Assembly (NCBI GenBank): GCA_965285935.1
Contig: OZ260662.1
Coordinates: 7,936,001 to 8,000,000 of the forward strand
Length of the DNA stretch: 64,000 nucleotides
DNA from: Ophelia neglecta
Taxonomy: Eukaryota
Direction: 5' to 3'
Position 1 is the stretch's first letter. Each line of letters begins with the position of its first letter. The notes under the pieces are model-generated. The model was not told where the DNA came from. It saw only the letters and a program-made list of their open reading frames with translations, and did not search any database. This document shows, one piece after another, positions 63,337-64,000 of the stretch. A program made the translations under genes and the position numbers.

Positions 63337-64000
63337 TATATAGGCTATATAGCGGGTGGATGGATTGTGGTGGGATGAGTGGTTACCTAATAGAGGTTTG
63401 GGGATTTCGACGATTGGCCACGATTGACGAGGACTGCATGCAAAATCAAATACTCGTATCGTCTCCACGCTGCGTGGTCAGCAAACAATGGCGTGTTTGC
63501 GTAACACATAGCCGTGGGCTATTGATTAAACGCGGTAGTGCGGAGGCTCTGTGGTAAGGTAACATTCATTCACCTAGCACGACTGCTAGAAAATAAATGC
63601 CTACTGGTGTAAGAACAATAACAACAATAGGAAAATTGACACAAAATAAGCAAATATCGAAAAACATTAAATATTATTCTCATATCGATATGTCAGTTTA
63701 CCAATGTAGCATGATAACATCTAAATAAATATTTAATAGTAGTATGGAATCGATCGTCTACTTTATCAGCGAGCACACAGCACAATAACCCAACTATCGA
63801 CCGTCATTGTCGATATGCAACACGAATATAAATCAAGCATTGATAAATACATATAGTAATAAAAGAAAAGAATTACCCGGACCTTTTGAGACTATAATGC
63901 GTGGTGTATGCTTCTGCTAGGCCCTATGGCCGCCTTAGATACGAGGTGTATTACGACTGAGGGAGGGGATGACGCGATATTCACGACTTTCAATGGCTAG

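Overview
This is animal genomic DNA: AT-rich, with GT-AG introns and many repeats. An invertebrate, probably a lophotrochozoan, is my inference from the SINE and LINE types. The main content is mostly invisible in the ORF track: a cluster of five paralogous spliced genes built on a 5-exon plan with identical intron phases (1,2,0,1). They encode ~232-239-aa secreted proteins: signal peptide, then a PLAT/LH2-like beta domain, a Cys-rich linker and a PAN/Apple-like domain. Genes 1, 2 and 5 are on + and genes 3 and 4 are on -. Gene 2 has no recognisable first exon, and the first exon of genes 3/4 is tentative. The cluster grew through an older ~7-kb tandem duplication and a near-identical 13.54-kb tandem duplication, and there are possible decayed extra paralogs. 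Mobile DNA includes a young BEL/Pao LTR element that lost its integrase, an RNase H-bearing LINE inserted with a 13-bp TSD into a decayed Crypton/DUF3504 recombinase, L1/Tx1 and CR1/L2 fragments, tRNA-derived SINEs and several MITE families. One intronic minisatellite appears to have been amplified from a splice donor itself. All calls come from reading and translating by hand; no database searches were run.
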